Source of the DNA: Candidatus Poribacteria bacterium
Lineage (GTDB): Bacteria; Poribacteria; WGA-4E; WGA-3G
Length of the DNA stretch: 64,000 bases
Assembly (NCBI GenBank): GCA_963663765.2
Contig: CAXXUA010000005.1
Span: forward strand, 1,759,874 to 1,823,873
Reading direction: 5' to 3'
Below, piece by piece: positions 19,701 through 30,763 of this stretch. The notes under the pieces were generated by a model. It was not told the DNA's origin. It ran no database searches and saw only the letters and a list, made by a program, of their open reading frames with translations. The translations under genes were made by a program, and so were the position numbers. Positions within the stretch are counted from its first letter, which is position 1. Each line of letters starts with the position of its first letter.

Positions 19701-21005
19701 ATGTCTAAACGTGAGGAATTTATTGCGATAATTGACGCACTCAAAATTGCTTCGCCTACAATAACCGACGAACAACGTAAGGGTTTTTTGCGGTTAGGGG
19801 TTCAGCAACACGGTCTCACTGTTGATGAAGCGACGAATATCCTTAATGCGGTAGGATTAGCTATTGGTGAACAGATAAATTACTTTGAGGTTTTGGGGAT
19901 CTCTATAGATGAAATTCAAAGTTTAGACGAATTGGCAATCGTGAACCTTGTTGAGATTGCACACAAAACACATTATAGTGCTTCGTTGCGTGCAGGTGGT
20001 CGTCCCCGTACCGATGGCAAAACAGAGGAGCAATGGCGAACACTCCTAAATCAAGCACGTGATGTGTTAGTAGACGTAGAAAAGCGACAGGAACATATCG
20101 CACTGTTGCAAAACATTGAAATTCCTTCCATTGAATCTTTTTCAGAGATAGATAATACCTCTACTGAGCAGACACAATCTATTTCGGAGCAGCATGCCCC
20201 TTCTACGCCATTAGAAAAAGGTGACATGGTTCTCATACCTGCAGGTGAATTTCAGATGGGGAGCAATGACAGAGATGCGTTCAAGGATGAAAAACCTATA
20301 CATACTGTTTATGTAGATGCTTTTTATATGGATAAATATCCTGTAACAAACGCACAATTTAAGAACTTTCTTGATGAGAATCCGCAATGGCGTAAACCGT
20401 TAAAGTGGTACGAATCGGGAAAGATTGATAAAAGAAAAATTCCCCGAAACCATCACGATGGTGAACACTTGAAACATTGGAATAAAAACGATTACCCAAG
20501 AAATGAAGCAGATCATCCGGTAACTTGGGTCAGTTGGTATGCTGCAATGGCATACTCACAGTGGATAGGAAGACGTCTTCCTACCGAAGCAGAATGGGAA
20601 AAGGCCGCACGCGGTGGTTTGACAGGTGAAAAATATCCATGGGGAAGTACTATTGATGCAAGTTATCTAAACTATGACGCATACATCGGTAAAACAACAG
20701 CTGTAGGCAATTATCCTCCGAACAATTTCGGCTTATGTGATATGATAGGCAATGTATATGAATGGTGTCTGGACGAATGGAATAAGAACTTCTATGTGCA
20801 GTCTCCACGTGAAAATCCGATTTCAGGGGATAGCATAATCCAAGTCATGAATAACTTCACTGACATAAAAACATCTCGTGTTATACGTGGCGGTTCTTGT
20901 GTGAGTATACCTCAGAACGTCAGGGTGACATACCGTTCGCGCAATACACCAAGGTATACATGCTTCAGCATTGGGTTTCGTTGTGTGATGCCAGTTCAAT
21001 CTTGA
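19701..21005 (+). CDS. J-like + FGE-sulfatase (SUMF1/CLec-fold) domain protein, paralog 1
   Basis: IPAGEFQMG, PVTNAQF, HPV..VSWY.A, RLPTEAEWEKAARGG, GNV.EWC, RVIRGGS, GFRC; FGE catalytic Cys pair absent. Confidence 0.9.
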   Translation: MSKREEFIAIIDALKIASPTITDEQRKGFLRLGVQQHGLTVDEATNILNAVGLAIGEQINYFEVLGISIDEIQSLDELAIVNLVEIAHKTHYSASLRAGGRPRTDGKTEEQWRTLLNQARDVLVDVEKRQEHIALLQNIEIPSIESFSEIDNTSTEQTQSISEQHAPSTPLEKGDMVLIPAGEFQMGSNDRDAFKDEKPIHTVYVDAFYMDKYPVTNAQFKNFLDENPQWRKPLKWYESGKIDKRKIPRNHHDGEHLKHWNKNDYPRNEADHPVTWVSWYAAMAYSQWIGRRLPTEAEWEKAARGGLTGEKYPWGSTIDASYLNYDAYIGKTTAVGNYPPNNFGLCDMIGNVYEWCLDEWNKNFYVQSPRENPISGDSIIQVMNNFTDIKTSRVIRGGSCVSIPQNVRVTYRSRNTPRYTCFSIGFRCVMPVQS

Positions 21006-21060
21006 CGTTTTACCAATTTGAATTTATTAAAATGAACCATTTATCAAAGAGAAATATCTG

Positions 21061-22365
21061 ATGTCAAAACGCGAAGAATATATCACTCTCATAAACGAAT
21101 TTAAGACAGTTTCACCGACTATATCTGATGAACAACGCAAGGGACTGCTCCGTAGGGCTGTGCAACAGTTTGACATAGACATTGATGAGGCAGTAGATAT
21201 ATTGAATACTTCCGGATTGGCTATCGGAGAGAAGATTGATTATTTTGATGTCTTGGGTCTTTCAACTGAAGAGATGCAAAGTTTAGATGAATTGGCTATT
21301 GCTAACCGCGTTGAAACTGCACATAAGACCTTGTACAGTGCTTCATTGCGTGCAGGTGGTCGTCCGCGTGTTGACGGTAGAACAGAAGAGCAATGGCGGA
21401 TATTATTGAATCAAGCTCGGGATGTGTTAGTAGACGTAGAAAAGCGACAGGAACATATCGCACTGTTGCAAAACATTGTAATTCCTTCCATTGAATCTTT
21501 TTCAGAGATAGATAATACCTCTACTGAGCAGACACAATCTATTTCGGAGCAGCATGCCCCTTCTACGCCATTAGAAAAAGATGACATGGTTCTCATACCT
21601 GCGGGTGAATTTCAGATGGGGAGTGATGACAGATTTGATTTCAAAGAGGAAAAACCCATACATACGGTCTTTGTAGATGCTTTTTATATGGATAAATATC
21701 CAGTAACAATCGCACAATTTAAGAACTTTCTTGATGAGAATCCGCAATGGCGTAAACCGTTGAAATGGTACGAATCGGGAAAGATTACTACAGGGAATAT
21801 CCTCAGAATATATCACGATGGTGAATACTTGAAACATTGGTATAAAAACGATTACCCAAGAGGAGAAGAACAGCATCCGGTAACTTGGGTCAGTTGGTAT
21901 GCTGCGATGGCATACTCACAGTGGGTAGGAAGACGTCTTCCTACCGAAGCAGAATGGGAAAAGGCAGCACGGGGTGGATTAGTGGGTGAAAAATATCCAT
22001 GGGGAAGTACTATTGATGCAAGTTATTTAAACTTTGGCGCATTCATCAGTAAAACAACAGTTGTAGGCAATTATCCCCCAAACAACTATGGTTTATATGA
22101 TATGATAGGCAATGTATATGAATGGTGTCTGGATGAATGGAATAAAAACTTCTATGTACAGTCCCCACGCGACAATCCGATTTCAGGGGATAGCATAATG
22201 GACACTGTGAATTACTTTACTGACATAAAAACATCTCGTGTTATACGCGGCGGTTCTTATGTGAGTACTCCTCAGAACGTCAGGGTAGCACACCGTTCAC
22301 GCAATACACCAAGATATACATGTTCCAGCATCGGTTTTCGTTGTGTGATGTCAGTTAAATCTTGA
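21061..22365 (+). CDS. J-like + FGE-sulfatase domain protein, paralog 2 (chimera of paralog 3 N-terminus and paralog 1 C-terminus)
   Basis: Same motifs; DNA near-identical to 22421+ at the 5' end and to 20061+ afterwards. Confidence 0.9.
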   Translation: MSKREEYITLINEFKTVSPTISDEQRKGLLRRAVQQFDIDIDEAVDILNTSGLAIGEKIDYFDVLGLSTEEMQSLDELAIANRVETAHKTLYSASLRAGGRPRVDGRTEEQWRILLNQARDVLVDVEKRQEHIALLQNIVIPSIESFSEIDNTSTEQTQSISEQHAPSTPLEKDDMVLIPAGEFQMGSDDRFDFKEEKPIHTVFVDAFYMDKYPVTIAQFKNFLDENPQWRKPLKWYESGKITTGNILRIYHDGEYLKHWYKNDYPRGEEQHPVTWVSWYAAMAYSQWVGRRLPTEAEWEKAARGGLVGEKYPWGSTIDASYLNFGAFISKTTVVGNYPPNNYGLYDMIGNVYEWCLDEWNKNFYVQSPRDNPISGDSIMDTVNYFTDIKTSRVIRGGSYVSTPQNVRVAHRSRNTPRYTCSSIGFRCVMSVKS

Positions 22366-22420
22366 CGTTTTACCGACACAATTCTGTCCAAAATAATTTT
22401 TTATCAAAGAGAAATATCTG

Positions 22421-23647
22421 ATGTCAAAACGCAAAGAATATATCACTCTCATAAACGAATTTAAGACGGTTTCACCGACAATTTCTGATGAACAACGCAA
22501 GGGACTGCTCCGTAGGGCTGTGCAACAGTTTGACATAGACATTGATGAGGCAGTAGATATATTGAATACTTCCGGATTGGTTATCGGTGAGAAGATTGAT
22601 TATTTTGATGTCTTGGGTCTTTCAACTGAAGAGATGCAAAGTTTAGATGAATTGGCTATTGCTAACCGCGTTGAAACTGCACATAAGACCTTGTACAGTG
22701 CTTCATTGCGTGCAGGTGGTCGTCCGCGTGTTGACGGTAGAACAGAAGAGCAATGGCGGATATTATTGAATCAAGCTCGGGATGTGTTAGTAGACCCACA
22801 AAAACGGCACACACACCTTACAACATTACAAGATAGTGAAGAAACATTAATAGACACCTCCACAGTACCTTTACATCTTGATGACGAGATGGAACTTATT
22901 CCTGCAGGTGAATTTGAAATGGGTGGCAGTGATAACGAAGCATTTAATGATGAACAACCTGTACACACTGTCTTTGTGGATGCATTCTATATGGACAAAA
23001 ATCCTGTAACAAATGCGCAATTTAAAGCATTCGTTGATGTGAACCCGCAATGGAACAAACCTCAAGGATTAAGTAAATTTCTACCTGCAAAACACCACGA
23101 TGGTTACCTCCTCCACCATTGGCATAGGAACAACTATTTGGAGGGACAAGCGAACCATCCAGTCGTTCACATTAGTTGGTATGCAGCAATGGCTTATGCA
23201 GAATGGATCGATAAACGTCTACCGACAGAAGCGGAATGGGAAAAGGCAGCTCGTGGTGGATTAGTAGGTAAAAAATATCCGTGGGGAGATCTCATTGATA
23301 CCACAAAAGCAAACTTCGGTAAAAACATCGGATCCACGACACCTATTGGAGAGTATCCCTCAAACGAGTTCGATTTATATGATATGTCGGGGAATGTATG
23401 GGAATGGTGTCTTGATGAATGGGATGAACACTTCTACGCATCATCACCAAGTGAAAACCCCGTTGCAAGTAACAGTATTAGCGGAATAATAAATCATTAC
23501 AGAGATTCTAAAGCGCTACGTATACTGCGTGGCGGTTCATGGTACAATAAGGTGCAGAACATACGAACCGCAAAACGTTCTGCTGCGCTACCAACTTTTG
23601 CAAATTCTAACATCGGTTTTCGTTGTGTAAAACCTATAACGACTTAA
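22421..23647 (+). CDS. J-like + FGE-sulfatase domain protein, paralog 3
   Basis: Same N-terminal module; RLPTEAEWEKAARGG, RILRGGSW, NIGFRC. Confidence 0.9.
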   Translation: MSKRKEYITLINEFKTVSPTISDEQRKGLLRRAVQQFDIDIDEAVDILNTSGLVIGEKIDYFDVLGLSTEEMQSLDELAIANRVETAHKTLYSASLRAGGRPRVDGRTEEQWRILLNQARDVLVDPQKRHTHLTTLQDSEETLIDTSTVPLHLDDEMELIPAGEFEMGGSDNEAFNDEQPVHTVFVDAFYMDKNPVTNAQFKAFVDVNPQWNKPQGLSKFLPAKHHDGYLLHHWHRNNYLEGQANHPVVHISWYAAMAYAEWIDKRLPTEAEWEKAARGGLVGKKYPWGDLIDTTKANFGKNIGSTTPIGEYPSNEFDLYDMSGNVWEWCLDEWDEHFYASSPSENPVASNSISGIINHYRDSKALRILRGGSWYNKVQNIRTAKRSAALPTFANSNIGFRCVKPITT

Positions 23648-23669
23648 TTCTCCGTTTGAGTTGCTATAA

Positions 23670-23828
23670 TATACCAATTCAAATAAATCTTGTCTCATTA
23701 AGGAATTCTACTGTTTACTGGCAGGGGGTTACTCTCTTCGGTAGGAGCGACCTCCCAGTCGCGACCGTGATGTCGCTCCTACCAGATTTCCGCTGATAAT
23801 GAGACATTATCACATGAAAATGGTAATA
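23670..23828. mobile_element. About 160-bp MITE (TATACCA...TGGTA ends) carrying an inverted GTAGGAGCGACC REP pair; inverted copy at 28602-28760
   Basis: Near-identical reverse-complement copy at 28602-28760. Confidence 0.7.
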
Positions 23829-23855
23829 GAATCAATCTGTGGAAGAGGACTGAAC

Positions 23856-25229
23856 ATGCACGAACGCGATGCGTTTATTACCTTCATCAATCAACTCAAA
23901 GCAGTCTCACCGACTATAACTGATGAACAACGCAAGGGGTTTTTACGGTTAGGGGTACAGCAGCATGGACTCACTGTTGAAGAAGCAATGAATATCCTCA
24001 ATGCGGCTGGACTGACTATCGGTGAACGGATTGATTACTTTGAGGTCTTGGGGATCTCTATAGATGAAATTCAAAGAATAGACGAATTGGCAATCGTGAA
24101 CCGTGTAGAGATTGCTCACAAACAACTTTATGCTGCTTCGTTGCGTGCAGGAGGACGTCCGCGTTCAGATGGCAGGTCAGAAGATCAGTGGCGGACACTC
24201 CTAAATCAAGCACGTGATACTTTAATAGAACCACAAAAAAGAAACGCATACTTGGATACATTGCTGTCTGAAAGCGACAGATTTGAAAGTGCTATGGATG
24301 ATTCTCCGCAAGTTATTACGGAAACTCAATCTACCGAAGCAGACACTGATGAACCGGCAATTCCAGAAGTGGACACACTACCAGGAAAGCAAAATGATCA
24401 AACGGTTATTCCTGATTCAATCCAGTTAATTACCGATGTACCCGACGATATGTCACTCATTCCAGCAGGAGAATTTCGTATGGGGAGTAATGACGAAGAA
24501 GCAAACGATGACGAACAACCAGTACATACCGTTTTTCTTGATGCATTTCTTATAGATAAATATCCAGTGACAAACGAGCAATTTAAAGGATTTGTTGATA
24601 AGAATCCACAATGGCGCAAACCAGTGAAATGGTACGAACTTGGAAAGACTGGTGCTGCGTATATCTCCAAAGAATTCCACGATGGGTATTACCTTCACCA
24701 TTGGAATACGCACAATTATTTGAAGGAACATACGAATCATCCAGTCGTTCATATTAGTTGGTACGCAGCGTTAGCGTATGCACAGTGGGTAGGCAAACGC
24801 TTGCCTACGGAAGCAGAATGGGAAAAGGCAGCTCGTGGTGGATTAGTAGGTAAAAAATATCCGTGGGGTGACATTATAGACTCAACAAAAGCGAACTTTG
24901 GCAGTAATGTCGGATCAACGATAGATGTAGGAAACTATTTACCCAACGGATACGATGTGTTTGACATTACTGGTAATGTCAGTGAATGGTGCCTTGATGA
25001 GTTCGATAGAGAATTCTATAGATTTTCCAATAAACATAATCCCGTTTCAGGTGGTAATATCGTGAATATGGTAAAAGACTTTACGAAATCTAAAGCATCA
25101 CGCGTGATAAGGGGTGGTTCGTGGTACTCAGCAGAACATAAGGCACGTGTTTCAAACCGTGACGGATTATCGCCTCGGATAACAAACAGGATCGTCGGTT
25201 TTCGTTGTGTAAAACCTATAACAACTTGA
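23856..25229 (+). CDS. J-like + FGE-sulfatase domain protein, paralog 4 (long acidic linker)
   Basis: Start placed at ATG 23856 after the GAGG RBS; same motifs. Confidence 0.9.
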   Translation: MHERDAFITFINQLKAVSPTITDEQRKGFLRLGVQQHGLTVEEAMNILNAAGLTIGERIDYFEVLGISIDEIQRIDELAIVNRVEIAHKQLYAASLRAGGRPRSDGRSEDQWRTLLNQARDTLIEPQKRNAYLDTLLSESDRFESAMDDSPQVITETQSTEADTDEPAIPEVDTLPGKQNDQTVIPDSIQLITDVPDDMSLIPAGEFRMGSNDEEANDDEQPVHTVFLDAFLIDKYPVTNEQFKGFVDKNPQWRKPVKWYELGKTGAAYISKEFHDGYYLHHWNTHNYLKEHTNHPVVHISWYAALAYAQWVGKRLPTEAEWEKAARGGLVGKKYPWGDIIDSTKANFGSNVGSTIDVGNYLPNGYDVFDITGNVSEWCLDEFDREFYRFSNKHNPVSGGNIVNMVKDFTKSKASRVIRGGSWYSAEHKARVSNRDGLSPRITNRIVGFRCVKPITT

Positions 25230-25248
25230 TTTACCGTTTGAGATGCTT

Positions 25249-25384
25249 TATAGTAGATTTTAGAATTATTTTTACACTTCTTCTGTAGGCGGGAACTCCG
25301 ATTCCCGACTATCAAGACGTTCAGTCGCGATTCGGAGATCCCTCCTACAGAACAAGTGTAAACTTAATTGTATATTTCACTATA
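25249..25384. mobile_element. 136-bp TA-ended MITE (TATAGTAGATTTTAG...TATATTTCACTATA) carrying an inverted GTAGG(A/C)GGGAACTCCGATTCCCGAC REP pair
   Basis: Further copies at 28296-28567 (tandem pair), 29639-29807 and 59769-59905. Confidence 0.75.
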
Positions 25385-25414
25385 ATAGAATCAATCTGTG
25401 GAAGAGGACTGAAC

Positions 25415-26704
25415 ATGCAAGAACGCGAAGCTTATATTACCTTTATCAATGAGTTCAAAACAGTTTCACCGACCATAACCAATCAGCAACGTATAGGACT
25501 TCTGCAACGTGCAGTACAGCAACATGGACTTTCGGTTGATGAGGCATCTGAAATTCTGAATGCCGCGGGAATGATTGTTGGTGAAATGGATAACTTTTTT
25601 GAGGTATTAGGCATTTCAATTGAACAGATTCATGAACTTGAAGACCAAACAATCGTGAACATTGTTAAAGCAGCACACGACAAGCACTATAGAACATCGT
25701 TGGCTGCAGGTGCAAGAATACGTCCCGACGGCAAAACAGAAGAACAGTGGAGGATGTTACTAAATCACGCACGTGATACATTGATAGACACAAATAAGAG
25801 AGCAGAGCATATTGCAATGCTCAGGAAGGATAATCAAGACTTAGAAGCAGTTACTTTGCCCCTCTCCGATTTAACTGATTTCGACACAACACGTCAAGGA
25901 TTAAGCTATTACACAATACCAGATGATGTTGAAATACCTGATGGCATGGTGTACATCCCAGAAGGTGAATTTCAAATGGGCAGCGATGACGAAGAAGCAA
26001 ACGATGACGAACAGCCAGTACATACCGTCTATCTTGATGCATTTCTAATGGATAGATATCCGGTAACAAATGCAGAATTTAAAGCATTTCTTAATGCAAA
26101 CATTCAGACGTTGAGACCTGAATGGTTAAAAGAAAGTAATAAAAAAACCTATTTTGTAAAAGAACTTTTAAGGTATTGGCATAACGGTATGTTTCCATAC
26201 GGTAAAGACGATCATCCTATCATTGGTGTAAGTTGGTATGCAGCAATGATATACGCGGAATGGTCAGGAAAACGCTTGCCAACAGAAGCAGAATGGGAAA
26301 AGGCCGCACGCGGTGGCTTAGTAGGTAAAAAGTATCCATGGGGGGATTCTACCGATTCAGACACCTTCGAATCTACCTATGAAGTAGAGAGTACTGTTCC
26401 GGTCGGTCTGTCAAATGTAAATGGTTATGGACTTTACGATATAAGTGGAAATGTCTGGGAGTGGTGTCTTGATGCATACAGTGCTATGTTCTATGCAATT
26501 TATCCACAACAAAACCCAATTTCAGATATTAACAGCGTGGAATGGGTCGCAAGTAATTATCACCGAGTGAATTCTCCACGTGTACTCCGCGGAGGTCCGT
26601 GGGGGACTGAATCCAAAGGTGTACGAGTATCTCATCGTTTCAGTAGCAATCCCATTGACACATTGCCCACCTTTGGTTTTCGCTGTGTAAAGGGAATACC
26701 CTAA
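25415..26704 (+). CDS. J-like + FGE-sulfatase domain protein, paralog 5
   Basis: NFFEVLG...RIRPDG...LLNHARDTL; FGE motifs. Confidence 0.9.
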   Translation: MQEREAYITFINEFKTVSPTITNQQRIGLLQRAVQQHGLSVDEASEILNAAGMIVGEMDNFFEVLGISIEQIHELEDQTIVNIVKAAHDKHYRTSLAAGARIRPDGKTEEQWRMLLNHARDTLIDTNKRAEHIAMLRKDNQDLEAVTLPLSDLTDFDTTRQGLSYYTIPDDVEIPDGMVYIPEGEFQMGSDDEEANDDEQPVHTVYLDAFLMDRYPVTNAEFKAFLNANIQTLRPEWLKESNKKTYFVKELLRYWHNGMFPYGKDDHPIIGVSWYAAMIYAEWSGKRLPTEAEWEKAARGGLVGKKYPWGDSTDSDTFESTYEVESTVPVGLSNVNGYGLYDISGNVWEWCLDAYSAMFYAIYPQQNPISDINSVEWVASNYHRVNSPRVLRGGPWGTESKGVRVSHRFSSNPIDTLPTFGFRCVKGIP

Positions 26705-26766
26705 TAAACAACCAAATTTAACTATTGATTTCTACGATAATAATGTTCTCACAAGGTGAACAACTA

Positions 26767-28122
26767 ATGTCTAAACGTGAAGAATTCATTCAAGTTATTA
26801 ACACCTTCAAGACTGTATCACCAAGTATTACAGATATTCAACGCCGCGGACTGTTGAAACAAGCGGTACAAAATTATGACCTATCGGTTGAAGAAGCATC
26901 TGAAATTCTGAAGTCTCTGGGGTTGATGGTCGGTGATGAACTAAACTACTTTGAAGTGTTAGAACTTTCTATAGAAGACTTACAAGACCAGAGTGAGGAC
27001 GCAATTATAATCAGCGTTAATGAGGCACATACGAAATCCTATAGCGCCTCGTTACGTGCAGGTGGACGTCCGCGTTCAGATGGCAGGTCAGAAGATCAGT
27101 GGCGGACACTCCTAAATCAAGCACGTGATACTTTAATAGACCCACAAAAAAGAAACGCATACTTGGATACATTTCTGCCTGAAAGCGACAGATTTGAGAC
27201 AACTACGGATGATTCTCCGCAAGTTAATACGGAAACTCAATCTACTGAAGCAGACACTGATGAACCGGCAATTCCAGAAGAGGACACACTACCAACAAAG
27301 CAAAATGATCAAACGGTTATTCCTGATTCAATCCAGTTAATTGTGGATGTACCCGATAATATGACACTTATTCCAGCAGGAGAATTTCGGATGGGGAGTA
27401 ATGAGGAGAAGGCAAATGAGCGTGAAAAACCTGTACATACAGTCTATATTGATACGTTCTGCATAGATCAATACTTGGTAACCAATGCACAGTATAAAGA
27501 ATTCATTGATGCAAACCCGCAGTGGCGTAAACCGCAATGGTTCAAAAAACATATCTCTATAGCACACCACAATGGTTCGTACTTGAGGCATTGGTCAGGT
27601 GATGACTTTCCGGATGGAAAAGATGATCACCCAGTCACTCGGATCAGTTGGTATGCTGCGATGGCATACTCACAATGGGTCGGCAAACGTCTTCCAACCG
27701 AAGCAGAATGGGAAAAAGCAGCGCGCGGTGGGTTAGAGGGAAAGAAATATCCATGGGGGGATTCAATCGGCCGTGGTAAAGCAAACTACTTCTATCATAC
27801 ACGCGGCACGACACCCGTTGGTCGTTATCCAGCAAACAGATACGATTTATTTGATCTGTGTGGTAATGTATGGGAGTGGTGTCTTGATGCATACAATGCT
27901 GAGTTCTATGCAAATTCACCCCACCGGAATCCGTATTTTAATGAGCAAAATATTGAATGGGTAATCGTTAACTACAAAGACATAAAAACTGCTCGCGTTT
28001 TGCGTGGAGGTTCTTGGAGTGTTGATGCACAAGGTGCTCGGGTCGCATACCGATTCAGAAGTGGACCCGCAGACACTCTACCGATTTTCGGTTTTCGTTG
28101 TGTAAAGGAAGTAACTATGTAA
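26767..28122 (+). CDS. J-like + FGE-sulfatase domain protein, paralog 6 (N-terminus like paralog 7, linker like paralog 4)
   Basis: Start at MSKREEF; FGE motifs. Confidence 0.9.
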   Translation: MSKREEFIQVINTFKTVSPSITDIQRRGLLKQAVQNYDLSVEEASEILKSLGLMVGDELNYFEVLELSIEDLQDQSEDAIIISVNEAHTKSYSASLRAGGRPRSDGRSEDQWRTLLNQARDTLIDPQKRNAYLDTFLPESDRFETTTDDSPQVNTETQSTEADTDEPAIPEEDTLPTKQNDQTVIPDSIQLIVDVPDNMTLIPAGEFRMGSNEEKANEREKPVHTVYIDTFCIDQYLVTNAQYKEFIDANPQWRKPQWFKKHISIAHHNGSYLRHWSGDDFPDGKDDHPVTRISWYAAMAYSQWVGKRLPTEAEWEKAARGGLEGKKYPWGDSIGRGKANYFYHTRGTTPVGRYPANRYDLFDLCGNVWEWCLDAYNAEFYANSPHRNPYFNEQNIEWVIVNYKDIKTARVLRGGSWSVDAQGARVAYRFRSGPADTLPIFGFRCVKEVTM

Positions 28123-28295
28123 TTGACAATCCTCTTTTCATCGTCTAATTATACATGGTATTATATTTATTCATTATCACCTTGTATAGTAGTACTTCAC
28201 CAATTTAAAATTGCTATTTGTCAAATCCTATGCTAAAATTCGGTTGATTAATGTAATATTAGAAACTGTTTTCAATTCCTTGTGTTTTCTTGTGT

Positions 28296-28567
28296 TATAG
28301 TAGATTTTAGAATTATTATTACACTTTCAGGTGTAGGAGGGAACTCCGATTCCCGACTATCAAGACGTTCAATCGCGATTCGGAGATCGCTCCTATAGAA
28401 CAAGTGTAAACTTAATTGTATATTTCACTATATAGTAGATTTTAGAATTATTATTACACTTTCAGGTGTAGGAGGGAACTCCGATTCCCGACTATCAAGA
28501 CGTTCAATCGCGATTCGGAGATCGCTCCTACAGAACAAGTGTAAACTTAATTGTATATTTCACTATA
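28296..28567. repeat. Tandem pair of TA-ended REP-carrying MITEs
   Basis: Two head-to-tail copies sharing a TATA junction. Confidence 0.75.
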
Positions 28568-28793
28568 AAGTAAAAAGAATTCTCCCAATGGATCATATAC
28601 TTATACCATTTTCATGTGATAATGTCTCATTAGCAGCGGAAATCTGGTAGGAGCGATCTCACGGTCGCGACCGGGAGGTCGCTCCTACCGAAGAGAGTAA
28701 CCCCCTGCCAGTAAACAGTAGAATTCCTTAATGAGACAAGATTTATTAGAATTGGTATTATGAGTCAATTTCTAACAACATAGAGGAAATATA

Positions 28794-29135
28794 ATGTATC
28801 ATATAAAGGAAATGCCAACCTACATAGCGGAACGTGTAAAAATCACACTTGGTCCTGAGGAACTCATAAAAATTGACAATGATGATCTGCTCCGATCTGT
28901 TGTCGTGGATGCCGCCGGGCGGGAGTCAGCTGTTCTTTTGCAGCAGATTCAGGATAAGCATGTAGATTACTCTGATTTGCTTGATAAACAAAGTAATCAA
29001 GATGATATGAGTTTTATATTTAAGGCAATTCTAAATAAAGCTTTAGCAGATTCCACCATCACTGAATCCGTCACTATCTTGAAAAAAGAACAGAAGTTTT
29101 TGCGAGAACAAGCAGAGGTAAGGCAATCTGCTTGA
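28794..29135 (+). CDS. Hypothetical helical protein inside the paralog array
   Basis: 113-aa ORF with GAGG RBS; no family recognised. Confidence 0.5.
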   Translation: MYHIKEMPTYIAERVKITLGPEELIKIDNDDLLRSVVVDAAGRESAVLLQQIQDKHVDYSDLLDKQSNQDDMSFIFKAILNKALADSTITESVTILKKEQKFLREQAEVRQSA

Positions 29136-29962
29136 AATTTCAAAACCACGTATATTAGAACCTCCGGTTGGTCTGATGGAACACTAAAAATATAATCAAT
29201 GTAACAAACTAAGCCTGTCTATCTAACAACATTTCATGGATGATCTAAATACTACTATAGTTAGGACATATTCCGTTTGTTACAAGTTAGTTTTCAAACG
29301 ACTTGTGCCAGTTAACTAAATGTTTATACTAAATTCACATATATTGGGTATGGTATTTAACATTTCGTCCCATAGGCGTCAATTTAAGGGTTTTGACCTC
29401 TTGTAGGAGGGGTTTTCAACCCCGATTTGAGAGAAAATGAACATAAAATCGGGGTTGAAAACCCCTCCACAAGAGAAAATGCCAACACTTTTTTCTTAAA
29501 TTGACGCCTATGGGTATATAAACATTTCGTCCCTACAGGATAAAGATCATCCAAAGCAAAAGACGGGACGGTTAAATCCTCTTGTCTATGACTGGGTTTT
29601 TCCGAAGTAAAAATTACCAATTTTACCAATTAGTAACTTATAGTAGATTTTAGAATTATTTTTACACTTCTTCTGTAGGAGGGAACTCCGATTCCCGACT
29701 GTCAAGGCGTTCAGTCGCGATTCGGAGATCGAAATCAACGGTATGAATGCCTATTGGCATTCCCCGCCTACAGAACAAGTGTAAACTTAATTGTATATTT
29801 TACTATAAACTATGAAGTTAATCTTCAATACCTTCGCCAATAATAGACATTCTTCCAGATTGTGCGGGCAGTTGTAGCACATTCTGCCAGATTGTGCCTA
29901 TAAATTATTCTGTCAGATTGCTGATATAGTCATTTCTATTGTCAAATTAGAGGATGTGATAA

Positions 29963-30426
29963 CAGGGTTATTCAGTTTTCAAAATTATTGATAATATTTT
30001 GCTATGTCGTTAATTTTATGTGTTGCCATCTTGTCCATGTCTTTAGTCCCGTAGGGACGATATGTTTATAGAAACATGTTATCTAACCCTCTTGAGTTCC
30101 GTAGGAACGACATAGAAAAATAAACATATCGTCCCTACCAAATCAACGCCAAATGCGCGTATGGCATTTGTCGGGACTAAAGAACTGGGGAGGGTATTCG
30201 TTTTCTATAAACATATCGTCCCTACCAAATCAACGCCAAATGCGCCAAATCAACGGTATGAATGCCATTAAGGCATTCCCCGTATGGCATTTGTCGGGAC
30301 TAAAGAGCGATATTCATTTTTCAATAATCTAAAACTGATGCAGAAAGTTCGGTTAGGAAACCAAACCTGGGTATTAACTTTCAGTAAATCTCAATAACAG
30401 AAAACTCTTAAAACTAAATAACCCTG
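29963..30426. mobile_element. ISAs1-type MITE carrying AGTCCCGTAGGGAC REPs
   Basis: Ends CAGGGTTATTCAGTTTT and AAAACTAAATAACCCTG match the ISAs1 TIRs. Confidence 0.75.
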
Positions 30427-30763
30427 CTATGATAAAAAAATACTTCAACGAAAACCTGAAGTTATTTTTATTTATATAATCCTAACAATATCACAGAGCA
30501 ATGGTAGATCAACACTATATACTCATTCAACTGAAGCACTCAAAAATGGCGAAGGTATTGTAATCTTGAATTGTTGATTCAAGAAGTAGTCGTTGCACAT
30601 TTAGTTCCTGACTGGTTTCTACAACTTGTGGAGTTAGTTGCCAAACGTTACGGTTTAAAGGTCCCTATTAACAGGTCTCATCTTGCGGAATTACCTACTT
30701 GGTAATACGAACACATAAAAGATCAGATTCTTATATTAGCATTTAACAGAGAGAAATTAACAG

